A stretch of DNA of 64,000 nucleotides, taken from positions 3,707 to 67,706 of the forward strand of contig CAWHOA010000020.1 in the NCBI GenBank assembly GCA_963830885.1, in the 5' to 3' direction. Positions 28,610 to 37,856 of this stretch are shown here, piece after piece. Source of the stretch: an uncultured Actinomycetes bacterium (GTDB taxonomy: Bacteria > Actinomycetota > Thermoleophilia > Gaiellales > Gaiellaceae). A model generated the notes under the pieces. It was not told the DNA's origin. It ran no database searches and saw nothing but the letters and a program-made list of their open reading frames with translations. The stretch's first letter is position 1. Every line of letters begins with the position of its first letter. The translations under genes and the position numbers were made by a program.

Positions 28610-29854
28610 TCAGCGCTTGTCGTCGAACACGAGCAGCGCGCCGCCGTAGCACGCGACCCACACGCGACTGGTCGGGGCGTCGTACGTGATCCCAATCGGG
28701 TGGTAGCAGGCGTCGATCGTCTGCAGGATCTTCATGTCGGACGCCCGCAGTTTCGTGACGGTGCCGGACTCGTAGTTGACGACGTAGATCGCCTTCCGGT
28801 CGTCGGCGATGGCCAGGCTCCGAGGGCGCTCGCCGGTCGTGACCTTGGTCACCCTTCCCGTCCGCAGGTCGAGCTTGGCCACGCGGCCTTCCATGTTCAG
28901 GGTCGCGTAGATCTTCCGACCCGACTTGTCGATCTCGAGCGCGCGCGGGCCGGAGCCGATCGGGACCGTCGAGGTCTCCCACGTGTCAAGGTCGACGCGG
29001 ACGAGGTAGTCGCCGCCCATGATCGCGACGTACGCCGCGTCTCCGCGCGGCGAGACGGTGATCCCGCGCGGATACTCGCCCATCGGGATCCGGCGCACCT
29101 CGCGGCCCTTCTTCGTGGAGATGACGCTGAGGTCCCAGGTGCACCAGTTGGCGACGAGCACGAAGCGTCCGTCCGGGGTCACGGCGACGACCTTCGGGAC
29201 CGAGCCGACGCGGTAAGCGTCGTCGATCTCGAGCGTCTCGAGCGAGATGCGGTAGACGAAGCTGTCGTCGTAGCCGGAGGAGGGCGTGCACTCGTCGTCG
29301 CCCTCCGGCCCGAACCCGGGGCCGTACATGGAGTAGTTGGAGACGTACGCGTAGGCGCCGTCGGGTGAGAAGGCCGCCTCCACCGGGGCTCCCTGGTTGG
29401 TCTCCGGATAGTCCTTGTAGCCGAAGTCGGCGAGGTTCACCGAGTCGGAGATCGTCTTCCGGAGCTCGAGCGTCTTCGCGTCGTACACAGTCACCGAGTG
29501 CCGGTACATCATGTTCTGGGCGAAGATCAGCCCGGTACCCGAGGAGACGACCGACTTCGGCGAGATCTCGCCGCCGAGAGTCTCCAGGAGCACGAGCGTC
29601 GTCCGGCTGGAGGGTTTGCCCGGCCTGGCCGCCGGGGTCTCTTGCGTCTCGGCCGCCGACTCGGTCTCGGAGACCGCGAAGCCGGCGGCGTCCGACTCGG
29701 GGCCCTGGCCCGCCCAGGCGACCGCCAGCCCGCTCGCGAAGGCGAGCGTGACGGCGACGCCTGCGAGCGCGGTCAGCCGGCGACGGCGAATCTGCCGCCG
29801 CCTCGCCTCGCGCCGGGTGATCCGTGGGTCGACGTCTCTCAAGGTTCTCCGCAA
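28610..29854 (-). CDS. membrane-anchored YVTN/YncE-like beta-propeller repeat protein
   Basis: Arg-rich N-terminus followed by a TM segment. Repeated motifs such as PDGAYAYVSN, TPDGRFVLVAN, SPRGDAAYVAI, KSGRKIYATL and DDRKAIYVVN. Confidence 0.75.
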   Translation of the reverse strand: MRRTLRDVDPRITRREARRRQIRRRRLTALAGVAVTLAFASGLAVAWAGQGPESDAAGFAVSETESAAETQETPAARPGKPSSRTTLVLLETLGGEISPKSVVSSGTGLIFAQNMMYRHSVTVYDAKTLELRKTISDSVNLADFGYKDYPETNQGAPVEAAFSPDGAYAYVSNYSMYGPGFGPEGDDECTPSSGYDDSFVYRISLETLEIDDAYRVGSVPKVVAVTPDGRFVLVANWCTWDLSVISTKKGREVRRIPMGEYPRGITVSPRGDAAYVAIMGGDYLVRVDLDTWETSTVPIGSGPRALEIDKSGRKIYATLNMEGRVAKLDLRTGRVTKVTTGERPRSLAIADDRKAIYVVNYESGTVTKLRASDMKILQTIDACYHPIGITYDAPTSRVWVACYGGALLVFDDKR

Positions 29855-29878
29855 GCGCCCCTGCGCTCGCTCGCGAGT

Positions 29879-30325
29879 CTAGCCAGCCTCCGGCGCGCGC
29901 CCGCCCTGAGCGGCGCCGATCTCGGTGAGCTGGATTTCGATCCGCTCGAGTGCGGCCGCGTGCTCCTTCCCCTGCTGATCGAGCTGCTCCTGCTGCGCCC
30001 GCGTCCGCTTGCCGATCAGGACGGCGACGGTCACGCTCGTCAAGGTCGGGATCAGCCCGAGCCCTGTCAGCATCAGCGCCGTGGCCACCAGCCGGCCCCC
30101 GGTCGACTCGGGCACGACGTCGCCGTAACCGACCGTGGTTACGGTGACCACCGCCCAATAGTAGGCGGTTCCGAGGTCCGTGTAGACCTCGGGCTCGACG
30201 ATCCGTTGCAGAGCTCCCGCCACGAGGACGAGGATGAACGCGACGGAGATCACCGTGGCCACGGCCCGAGGAAGCGTCAGGCGCTCGTACCAGAGCTCGA
30301 AGCGCTTGTTGACGTCAAGGTGCAT
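29879..30325 (-). CDS. two-TM potassium channel (KcsA-like) with C-terminal coiled coil
   Basis: Selectivity filter TVTTVGYGDVVP. ATG at 30325 is preferred, because the upstream 25 codons of the 173-aa ORF have poor GC3. Confidence 0.85.
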   Translation of the reverse strand: MHLDVNKRFELWYERLTLPRAVATVISVAFILVLVAGALQRIVEPEVYTDLGTAYYWAVVTVTTVGYGDVVPESTGGRLVATALMLTGLGLIPTLTSVTVAVLIGKRTRAQQEQLDQQGKEHAAALERIEIQLTEIGAAQGGRAPEAG

Positions 30326-30460
30326 GAACAGCTGTTTCGCGCCTCTCAGGCGAGTCCCTCTCTCGGAGGCTTGGGGAGGCGCTCGCTCCGTCCGATACAA
30401 GCCCTAGCTTCAGCTTCCAAGGAGCCCGCTGCCGCAGGCGGTGCTCCGGTTACACGAAGG

Positions 30461-30490
30461 CGAGAGCCCGCTGGCCGTAGCGGGCTCTCG
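30461..30490 (-). terminator. 12-bp perfect hairpin (candidate terminator of the ltrA transcript)
   Basis: CGAGAGCCCGCT-ggccgt-AGCGGGCTCTCG. The reverse strand follows with GCCTTCGTGT. Confidence 0.4.
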
Positions 30491-30565
30491 CGCGTTTGCG
30501 GTGCGGATAACCGCCAGGTGAGACGCCTGGCCGCCCTACTGCGACCGCGCTTCGGCGGCGGCACG

Positions 30566-30742
30566 ATGCCTGCACACAAGCCCCGCAGGAGTTTCCTCGT
30601 GACCTATCTCTCCGTCACCCAGTTCGAGACGCGCCGCCGCCAGATCGAGGCCGAGCTCGAGCGCGAGCACGCGCTGGCCGCCGGCCGCGCGAGTGGTCGC
30701 GCGCCTGCGTCGTTCCGAGCAAGGCCGCAGGTAGCGCCGTAG
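30566..30742 (+). CDS. 58-aa ORF (hypothetical, possibly a gene remnant)
   Basis: MPAHKPRRSFLVTYLSVTQFETRRRQIEAELEREHALAAGR... The central 33 codons have G/C at third position in 32 cases. No SD sequence. The 3' end runs into repeat copy C. Confidence 0.25.
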   Translation: MPAHKPRRSFLVTYLSVTQFETRRRQIEAELEREHALAAGRASGRAPASFRARPQVAP

Positions 30743-30836
30743 CCGAGGCTACGGGCTGCGCCTGAGGACGCCGCTCTCGGGGCGAACGGCGCGCTCAGCG
30801 GCACAGCTCTTCATCCCGTGAGAGGTTCGAGCCGCA
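30695..30836 (-). repeat. structured intergenic repeat, copy C (diverged, opposite strand)
   Basis: The reverse complement aligns to the copy B core at roughly 80% with small indels: CTGTGCCGC...TCGCCCCGAGAGCGGCGTCCTCAG...CCGTAGCCTCGGCTACG...CTCGGAACGAC. Ends are approximate. Confidence 0.7.
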
Positions 30837-30853
30837 GGGCTGGAAGCGGCGCC

Positions 30854-32026
30854 TCAGACGGCCGTGCGCAGACGCGCACGGGCCTCCCTGGAGCGCACCG
30901 TCTCGTAGGCGATCAGCGCGACGCAGACTCCGGCGACGAGCGCGACGGCGATGACCCCGTCGACCCGCGTCGCCGCCGGGATCAGCGCCGCGCAGGCCGC
31001 CGCGGCCAGACAGCGGCGGGGGTTGACGCTGCCGACGCTGCGGTAGCGGATGGCGTCGTGGCTCAGCAGGTAGAGGGCCACGCCGCCGCAGAGCGCGAAG
31101 GCCGGCACTGTCTCGAGCGGGTCGTCCACGTGCTCGAGCACCTTCTTGAGGCCGAGGGCGACGAGGACGATGCCCGCGAACATCGGGAGGTGCAGGTAGC
31201 TGAACGAGTCGCGGGCAAGCCGCGCGCGTTCGTGGCCGCGCGCCTCGACGAGCTTCCTCCGCGCGACGATCGCGACGATGTCGAAGTAGGCCCACCAGAG
31301 CGCGCAGACGAGCGCGATGCCGAGGATCGCCGCAGCGACGACGGTCGGAGTCAGCTCGATCCCGGCGGCGCCGATGCCGATGGCCACGATCGACTCGCCC
31401 AGCGCGATGATCACGATCAGGGCGTACCGCTCCGCGAAGTGCCCGGCGGAAACGACGAAGCCGCGGACGCCGAAGACGTACGGGCCCGAGTAGTCGATGG
31501 TCAGCGCGGCCAGCCAGACCGCGATCTGCACCCAGCCGTCGAGGAAGCCGGCAACGATGAGGAGCGCGGGCCCGGGAATCGCCGTCCGCGCCAGCCGGAA
31601 CGTGGCCTGCCGGACGTCGACGTGCGGCGTCGCCTCCGCGAAGAGGACGATGTGGAGCACCCGGACCGCGAAGTACGCGAGCCCGAAGAGGACGGCGTCG
31701 GTGTCGAAGGCGTGCGGGACGGCCAGCGCGGCGACGAACATCGCCGCCATCGAGCCGAACACCGCGATGCGGGCCGAGCCCTCGTTCGGGTCGATCGCGT
31801 TCGTCAGCCAGGCGTAGGCGCCCCAGGCCCACCAGAGCGCCGCCAGGATGAGCATCCCGCGCCCGATCCCCTCCCAGGTCGGGTCGTCGGACATGAACCC
31901 GGTGACCTGCGTGAGGGCAAAGACGAACACGAGGTCGAAGAAGAGCTCGAGCGGCGTGACGGGATGCTCGGACTCCTCTTCGGCCTCGACCTCAGGCTCG
32001 ATCTCCCGCGGGACCTCGGCGTCCAT
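30854..32026 (-). CDS. ltrA: low temperature requirement protein A (LtrA) family membrane protein
   Basis: VTPLELFFDLVFVFALTQV and HFAERYALIVIIALGESIV, with about 10 TM segments. Confidence 0.85.
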   Translation of the reverse strand: MDAEVPREIEPEVEAEEESEHPVTPLELFFDLVFVFALTQVTGFMSDDPTWEGIGRGMLILAALWWAWGAYAWLTNAIDPNEGSARIAVFGSMAAMFVAALAVPHAFDTDAVLFGLAYFAVRVLHIVLFAEATPHVDVRQATFRLARTAIPGPALLIVAGFLDGWVQIAVWLAALTIDYSGPYVFGVRGFVVSAGHFAERYALIVIIALGESIVAIGIGAAGIELTPTVVAAAILGIALVCALWWAYFDIVAIVARRKLVEARGHERARLARDSFSYLHLPMFAGIVLVALGLKKVLEHVDDPLETVPAFALCGGVALYLLSHDAIRYRSVGSVNPRRCLAAAACAALIPAATRVDGVIAVALVAGVCVALIAYETVRSREARARLRTAV

Positions 32027-32047
32027 CCCGGAATGATCGCAGCGCGG

Positions 32048-32878
32048 CTACCGCGCCCGCAGCTCCCTGAGGACGACCGGGTCGATCCGGTCGGCGCCGC
32101 GCACCCGCTCCTCGAGGTTCTCGGTGCCGGCCCAGGCGGCGAGCGCGTCCGTCAGCGGTCCGTCGTAGCCGAGGGTGGCCAGGCGCTGCGACAGCTCGGC
32201 CGCGAGCGTGGAGTCCACGTCCAGCCACTCCTCGTCCGGCGTCTGCCCGAAGAGGAGGTCGTGGAGGCGGTAGATGCGCTCCAGCTCGGGTATCGGCTCC
32301 GGATGGTCGTCGACGCGGAGGTCTACGGCGACGTCGCTCGTCCCGCCGTAGCCGCCGTCTTTGCGGACGACGAGGAGCGCAGCGGACTGCCGGCCCCGTC
32401 GGTCGCCTCCTGCCGCCTCCGCGGCGGCGAGGCAGGCGAGTAGCCGCTCCGCAAGGGGCTGGCCCCTCGAGCCGTCGAAGGCCGAGGCGAGCGCCTCCAC
32501 CGTGGCCTCGGAGACGAGGATGTTCCCCTGCGCCGCGTACCCCGGCCCGGTCGTCCCGCCCGCCCAGTCCATGCATTCCGCGCCTGTGTACGTCGCCGCG
32601 CGTCCGTGCGCGTCCACGACTCCGAGCTGCCGGTGCTCGCGCCCGTCGTCGGCGCCGACGAGCGCCCGCACGGCGTCCTCCGCCGAGTACCCCTCGCGGA
32701 GCAGGGCCAGCCCGTTAGGCCTGTAGGCGAGGTTCGCCCAGGCCTGCGTCGCGATCGCCCCGACCTCCGGCTCCGCGGCCGGCACGGCCGCGCCGACCGC
32801 CAGGAACTTCGACTGGACGGCGACGCCCCACTCGCGCGCCTCGAGGTCGCAGGCCACGATCGAGTACGTGGAGATCAT
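32048..32878 (-). CDS. DUF1028 (Ntn-hydrolase-like) protein, possibly with C-terminal peptidoglycan-binding-like domain
   Basis: MISTYSIVACDLEAREWGVAVQSKFLAVGAAVP...GYAAQGNILV. The tail LSQRLATLGYDGPLTDALAAWAGTENLE is only tentatively assigned. Confidence 0.75.
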   Translation of the reverse strand: MISTYSIVACDLEAREWGVAVQSKFLAVGAAVPAAEPEVGAIATQAWANLAYRPNGLALLREGYSAEDAVRALVGADDGREHRQLGVVDAHGRAATYTGAECMDWAGGTTGPGYAAQGNILVSEATVEALASAFDGSRGQPLAERLLACLAAAEAAGGDRRGRQSAALLVVRKDGGYGGTSDVAVDLRVDDHPEPIPELERIYRLHDLLFGQTPDEEWLDVDSTLAAELSQRLATLGYDGPLTDALAAWAGTENLEERVRGADRIDPVVLRELRAR

Positions 32879-32923
32879 GTGGCGATTCTGCCATCGCCGC
32901 GCGCGGCGCTAAGTTTCAGGTCG

Positions 32924-35374
32924 GTGGAGCGATACGACCCCCAGACGATCGAGCTGAAGTGGCAGGACGCGTGGGAGCGCGAGCGCGCGTTCTACGTCGC
33001 CAACCCTGCCCACCCCGAGGAGATGGACAAGGAGCACACCTACGTCCTCGAGATGCTCCCGTACCCGTCCGGCGAGCTGCACATGGGCCACGTGAAGAAC
33101 TACACGCTCGGCGACGTGCTCACGCACGTGCGGCGGCGCATGGGGTACCGCGTCCTGCGGCCGATGGGCTACGACGCTTTCGGTCTCCCGGCCGAGAACG
33201 CCGCCATCCGCGAGGGGGGCCACCCGCGCCTCGTCACCGAGCGGAACATCGCCGCCATTCGCGAGCAGATGCACCGCATGGGCTGGGCGATCGACTGGGA
33301 CCGCGAGGTCTCGACCCACGAGCCGTCCTACTACCGCTGGACGCAGTGGCTTTTTCTCAAGTTCTTCGAGCAGGACCTGGCCTACCGCAAGGAGGCGCCG
33401 GTCAACTGGTGCCCGAACGACCAGACCGTGCTCGCCAACGAGCAGGTGATCGAGGGCCACTGCGAGCGTTGCGGGGCCGAGGTCGAGCGAAGGAATCTCG
33501 AGCAGTGGTTCTTCCGGATCACGGCCTACGCCGACCGCCTGGTGGACGAGATGAGCCTGCTCGAGTCCTGGCCCGAGCACGTCCTGACGATGCAGCGCAA
33601 CTGGATCGGCCGCTCCGAGGGTGCCGAGGTCGTCTTCCGGATCGAGGAGCTGGACGAGGAGATCCCGGTGTTCACGACCCGCCCGGACACCCTCTTCGGG
33701 GCGACGTTCTTCGTGCTCTCGCCCGAGCATCCGCTCGTCCCCAGGCTCGTCGAGGGGACACCGCACGAGGCGGACGTCCTCGAGTACGCGCGCGGGGCCG
33801 CCGCGCGCTCCTCGAGCGAGCGCGCCGACCCGGACAAGGAGAAGACCGGCGTCTTCACCGGCGCGTTCGTCACGAACCCGGTCAACGACCAGCGCATCCC
33901 GATCTGGGTCGCCGACTACGTCCTCATGGAGTACGGGACCGGCGCGATCATGGCCGTCCCCGCCCACGACGAGCGCGACTTCGAGTTCGCCCGGCAGTAC
34001 GAGCTGCCGGTGAAGGTGGTCGTCGCGCCCGAGGACGAGGAGTGGGAAGAGGCCACCTACGTCCCGCACTCGGAGGGCGAGCGCCTGGTCGACTCGGCGC
34101 AGTTCACCGCCCTGCCGGCCGACGAGGCGAAGCGGGCGATCGTCGAGTGGCTCGAGTCGCGCGGCCTGGGGCGCGCGACCGTCGGCTACCGCCTGCGCGA
34201 CTGGCTGCTCTCGCGCCAGCGCTACTGGGGCTGCCCGATCCCGATCCTCTACTGCGACGCGTGCGGGATGATCCCCGTCCCCGAGGAGGACCTGCCCGTC
34301 CTGCTGCCCGAGGTGGAGGAGTACCTGCCGAAGGGCCGCTCGCCGCTGGCCGCCGCGGAGGACTGGGTGCACACGACGTGCCCGCGCTGCGGCGGGCCGG
34401 CGCACCGGGAGACGGACACGATGGACACGTTCGTCGACTCGTCCTGGTACTTCATCCGCTACTGCGACGCGAGGAACGAGGCCGAGCCGTGGAACCGCGA
34501 GATCGCCGACTACTGGCTCCCCGTCAACCAGTACATCGGCGGGGTCGAGCACGCGATCCTGCACCTGCTCTACGCGCGTTTCTTCGTGAAGGTGCTGAAC
34601 GACCTCGGGATGCTCGGTTTCCGCGAGCCGTTCCTGCGCCTCTTCACACAGGGGATGATCCACTACCAGGGCGCGAAGATGTCCAAGACGAAAGGGAACG
34701 TCGTCTCGCCGGACGAGATGATCGCCCGCTACGGCGCTGACGCCGTCCGGCTCTACATCCTCTACATGGGCCCGGCCGAGGACGACATCGAGTGGCAGGA
34801 CACCGGGATCGAGGGCATGGCGCGCTTCCTCGGCCGCCTGTGGCGGCTGGGGCTGGAGGTCGCCGAGCGCGGTGCGGTCGACGTGCCCGCCGACGGCCCG
34901 CTCGTCCGGCGGGCGCACGAGGCGATTGCCAAGGTCGGCGACGACATCACGCGCCGCTTTCAGTTCAACACACCGATCGCGGCCGTGATCGAGCTCGTCA
35001 ACGAGATCTACCACGTCAAGGACGACCCGGAGCGCGCGGGCGAGGTTCGCTTCGCCACGGAGAGCGCGGTGAGCCTGATTCAGCCGTACGCGCCCCACCT
35101 CGCCGAGGAGCTCTGGGAGCGCCTCGGCCGCACGCGCCTGTGGGACGGGCCCTGGCCGGAGGCCGACCCCGCCCTGCTCGAGCGGGACACGTTCGAGCTG
35201 GTCGTGCAGGTGAACGGGCGGGTGCGCGACAAGGTGGAGGTTCCGGTCGCCCTGTCCGAGGCCGAGCTCCTCGCGCGCGCCAAGGACCTCCCGCGCGTGC
35301 GTGCGCACGTGGACGGCAAGGAGATCCGCAAGGAGATCGTCGTCCCGGGCAAGCTCGTCAACCTCGTCGTGTAG
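32924..35374 (+). CDS. leuS: leucine--tRNA ligase
   Basis: VERYDPQTIELKWQDAW, MLPYPSGELHMGHVKNY (HIGH) and GAKMSKTKGN (KMSKS). Confidence 0.95.
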   Translation: MERYDPQTIELKWQDAWERERAFYVANPAHPEEMDKEHTYVLEMLPYPSGELHMGHVKNYTLGDVLTHVRRRMGYRVLRPMGYDAFGLPAENAAIREGGHPRLVTERNIAAIREQMHRMGWAIDWDREVSTHEPSYYRWTQWLFLKFFEQDLAYRKEAPVNWCPNDQTVLANEQVIEGHCERCGAEVERRNLEQWFFRITAYADRLVDEMSLLESWPEHVLTMQRNWIGRSEGAEVVFRIEELDEEIPVFTTRPDTLFGATFFVLSPEHPLVPRLVEGTPHEADVLEYARGAAARSSSERADPDKEKTGVFTGAFVTNPVNDQRIPIWVADYVLMEYGTGAIMAVPAHDERDFEFARQYELPVKVVVAPEDEEWEEATYVPHSEGERLVDSAQFTALPADEAKRAIVEWLESRGLGRATVGYRLRDWLLSRQRYWGCPIPILYCDACGMIPVPEEDLPVLLPEVEEYLPKGRSPLAAAEDWVHTTCPRCGGPAHRETDTMDTFVDSSWYFIRYCDARNEAEPWNREIADYWLPVNQYIGGVEHAILHLLYARFFVKVLNDLGMLGFREPFLRLFTQGMIHYQGAKMSKTKGNVVSPDEMIARYGADAVRLYILYMGPAEDDIEWQDTGIEGMARFLGRLWRLGLEVAERGAVDVPADGPLVRRAHEAIAKVGDDITRRFQFNTPIAAVIELVNEIYHVKDDPERAGEVRFATESAVSLIQPYAPHLAEELWERLGRTRLWDGPWPEADPALLERDTFELVVQVNGRVRDKVEVPVALSEAELLARAKDLPRVRAHVDGKEIRKEIVVPGKLVNLVV

Positions 35375-35400
35375 ACAGGCACGATCCGTACCCTGTCGGA

Positions 35401-36534
35401 GTGAACGTCGTCGACGTTCTCTTGCTGCTCGGGGTCGCAGCCTTCTCCATCCTGGGGGCTCATCGCGGGCTCGCCGCCCAGGCGCTCTCGCTGGGGGGCC
35501 TCGCGCTGGGCGCCGTGCTCGGGTCGCTGGTGGCTCCGCACCTCTTCCCCGACAACTCGGCGTGGCTGCCCGTGGCCGGGCTCATGGGCGCTGTCGTCGG
35601 CGCGTTCCTCCTCGGGACGCTCGCCGGTGTGCTCGGACGGCCCGTGCGGCTCTTTCTCTCGGCGCATCCTCCGCTCGCCACGGTCGACCGGGCCGGAGGG
35701 ATCGCCCTCGGCGGGCTGATCGCGCTCGCGATCGGCTGGCTTCTGGCCGTCTTCGCGCTCCACCAGCCGGCGCTGGGGCTTCGGGCCGAAATCCGTTCCT
35801 CCGCGATCCTGCCGCGCCTGCTCAGTGCCCTGCCCCCGGACCGCGTGCTCCAGGCGCTGAACCGCTTCGACCCGCTCCCGCTCCTGCCGGGGCTGCAGGA
35901 GACCCTGCCGCCGCCCGACCCGAGCGTGCTCGAGAGCCCCGGCGCCCGCGCGGCGTCGCGGTCGGTCGTCAAGCTCCAGGGCACGGCCTGCGACATCGGA
36001 ACGCAGGGCTCCGGCTGGGTGGTCGAGACCGGCCTGGTGGCGACCAACGCTCACGTCATCGCCGGCCACGAGGCGACCCACGTCCTCGCCCCGAGCGGCC
36101 AGGTGCTGCGGGCGCGGCCGGTCTACGTCGATGCGACGAACGACATCGCGCTCCTACGGGTTCCCGGGCTCGACGCGACTCCGTTGGCCACGAACACGGG
36201 CGCAGATCGCTCGCGACCCGTCGCTCTGCTCGGCTATCCCCAGAACGGGCCGCTGACCGCCACGGCGGCGACCGCCGGCGCCTCGCGCACCGTGCTGTCG
36301 CCGGATGCCTACGGCCGGCGTACGCGTCCGCGGGTCGTCGTGCCGCTGCGGGGGCCGGTGCGGCCGGGCGAGAGCGGCGGTCCCGTCGTCGACCGCCAGG
36401 GCCGGGTCGTGGCGATGATCTTCGGCGGCACCCGCGACCGGGTCGGCGGCTACGCGGTTCCGGTCGACCTCGTCCTGGACGCCGCCGAGGAACCGCTGCG
36501 CCGGGTCCCGTCCGGGCCCTGCATCGTGGACTAG
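35401..36534 (+). CDS. MarP-like membrane serine protease (CvpA TM domain + trypsin-like S1 domain)
   Basis: Four TM segments at the N-terminus. GSGWVVETGLVATNAHVI (His), NDIALLRV (Asp) and VRPGESGGPVVD (Ser). Confidence 0.85.
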   Translation: MNVVDVLLLLGVAAFSILGAHRGLAAQALSLGGLALGAVLGSLVAPHLFPDNSAWLPVAGLMGAVVGAFLLGTLAGVLGRPVRLFLSAHPPLATVDRAGGIALGGLIALAIGWLLAVFALHQPALGLRAEIRSSAILPRLLSALPPDRVLQALNRFDPLPLLPGLQETLPPPDPSVLESPGARAASRSVVKLQGTACDIGTQGSGWVVETGLVATNAHVIAGHEATHVLAPSGQVLRARPVYVDATNDIALLRVPGLDATPLATNTGADRSRPVALLGYPQNGPLTATAATAGASRTVLSPDAYGRRTRPRVVVPLRGPVRPGESGGPVVDRQGRVVAMIFGGTRDRVGGYAVPVDLVLDAAEEPLRRVPSGPCIVD

Positions 36535-36614
36535 CCCTTTTCGTCACGGTCCCGTCACGGACCTGCCGCATTTCGTGCGCCACGCGTGCGCTTTCTCCCG
36601 CCAGCATCGGAGGC

Positions 36615-37256
36615 ATGGGACGAGCCTTCCTTCTCGCGGTGCTGACGGCGGCCGTGCTTGCGGCGCCCGCGGCGGCCGCATCGACGGTGGTGATCCCGCC
36701 GAGCGCCGACGTCGGCTTCCCGTTCTGGTGCGACTGGAGCTACGACTGGGAGTCGCGCTGCTTCCGCGAAGACGGCGCCCGGCTTCCGGTCGGCGGCGCC
36801 GGCGACAAGGTGTGGCGGGCGGGCCTGCGCTTCTCGCTCGACGGCATCCCCGCCGGGACGACGGTGACCTCGGCCGAGCTCCGCCTCCACTACGACGGCA
36901 CCTGCGTCGCGCCGGCCCGCGGATGGGAACCGTGCGTGCCTCCGGGTGCCGTGATCGATGCCCACCGCATCCTCTCGGCGAGCTGGTTCCGCGAGCGCGA
37001 GCCCGAGCTCGACGAGCGGGTCGTCGACACGGCGGTGGTCTTCGCCCCGTCCGAGCCGCAGTGGCTCGTCTGGCACGTCACGCCGCTCGTGCAAGCCTGG
37101 CACCTCCGAGTCCTTCCGAACAACGGCCTCCTGCTGAAGCTCCAGGACGGTGACGAGGCGCCGGACGTCCCCGGGCCGTACCTCCCGTCCTCCTCGTACC
37201 CGGACGCGGCGTTGCAGCCGAGGCTCGTCGTCTCCTACGCGGGGCCCGCGCGCTAG
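36615..37256 (+). CDS. secreted DNRLRE-domain-like protein
   Basis: Signal peptide MGRAFLLAVLTAAVLAAPAAAA. TSAELRLHY...WHVTPLVQAWHLRVLPNNGLLLKLQDGDE. GGAGG upstream. Confidence 0.6.
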   Translation: MGRAFLLAVLTAAVLAAPAAAASTVVIPPSADVGFPFWCDWSYDWESRCFREDGARLPVGGAGDKVWRAGLRFSLDGIPAGTTVTSAELRLHYDGTCVAPARGWEPCVPPGAVIDAHRILSASWFREREPELDERVVDTAVVFAPSEPQWLVWHVTPLVQAWHLRVLPNNGLLLKLQDGDEAPDVPGPYLPSSSYPDAALQPRLVVSYAGPAR

Positions 37257-37259
37257 CCC

Positions 37260-37847
37260 GTGCGCATGCCGTCGATCTCACGGGCACGGGCACTCGCCTA
37301 CGCCATCGTCCTGCTGGTTGCGCTCACACTCGCCGGCCGGGTCGCCTTCGACGGCGGCGAGGCCGAGCCCGCGGCGGTCGGGCAGTCCGTCGCCCTGGAC
37401 GTGGAGGAGGCGCCGCCGCGGGAGCTCGTCGTCCACGTCGCCGGCGCGGTCTTGCAGCCGGGGCTCTACCGGCTCGCGGAGGGCAGTCGGGTCGACGACG
37501 CGATCGCCGAGGCCGGCGGCGCCCGGCCGAGGGCCGCGCTCGACCTCGTCAACCTGGCGGCCCCGGTCGCCGACGGCCAGCAAGTGGTCGTCCCGGTGCG
37601 CGGGAGTGCCTCGGCGACGGGCAGCCCTGGTTCTCTCGAGCCGGGTGCCGCAGGCGGCATGGTCCACCTCAACTCGGCGACGCTCGACCAGCTCGACGAG
37701 CTGCCCGGCGTGGGCCCGGTGACCGCGCAGCAGATCGTCGACTACCGGACGGCGAACGGCGCCTTCCGCTCCGTGGACGAGCTGGACGCGGTGCCCGGGA
37801 TCGGGCCGGCCCGCCTCGAGCAGCTCCGGCCGCTCGTCGACCTGTGA
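37260..37847 (+). CDS. comEA: competence protein ComEA (SLBB + helix-hairpin-helix)
   Basis: VVHVAGAVLQPGLYRLAEGSRVDDAIAEAGG and VHLNSATLDQLDELPGVGPVTAQQIVDYR...FRSVDELDAVPGIGPARLEQL. Confidence 0.88.
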   Translation: MRMPSISRARALAYAIVLLVALTLAGRVAFDGGEAEPAAVGQSVALDVEEAPPRELVVHVAGAVLQPGLYRLAEGSRVDDAIAEAGGARPRAALDLVNLAAPVADGQQVVVPVRGSASATGSPGSLEPGAAGGMVHLNSATLDQLDELPGVGPVTAQQIVDYRTANGAFRSVDELDAVPGIGPARLEQLRPLVDL

Positions 37848-37856
37848 GCGTGCTCC

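Noticed and set aside
30326-30400. N-terminal 25-codon extension of the K+ channel ORF (MYRTERAPPQASERGTRLRGAKQLF).
   Set aside because: Third-position G/C content drops markedly compared with the rest of the gene. The internal ATG at 30325 gives a normal two-TM channel N-terminus.
30326-30560. Possible cyclic-di-AMP (ydaO/kimA-type) riboswitch in the leader of the K+ channel gene.
   Set aside because: Reading the reverse strand, I could not find the conserved ACGGGG / CCCGA / GGGGA-type blocks or the pseudo-twofold layout. It remains only as part of the broader long-gap finding, pending a covariance-model search.
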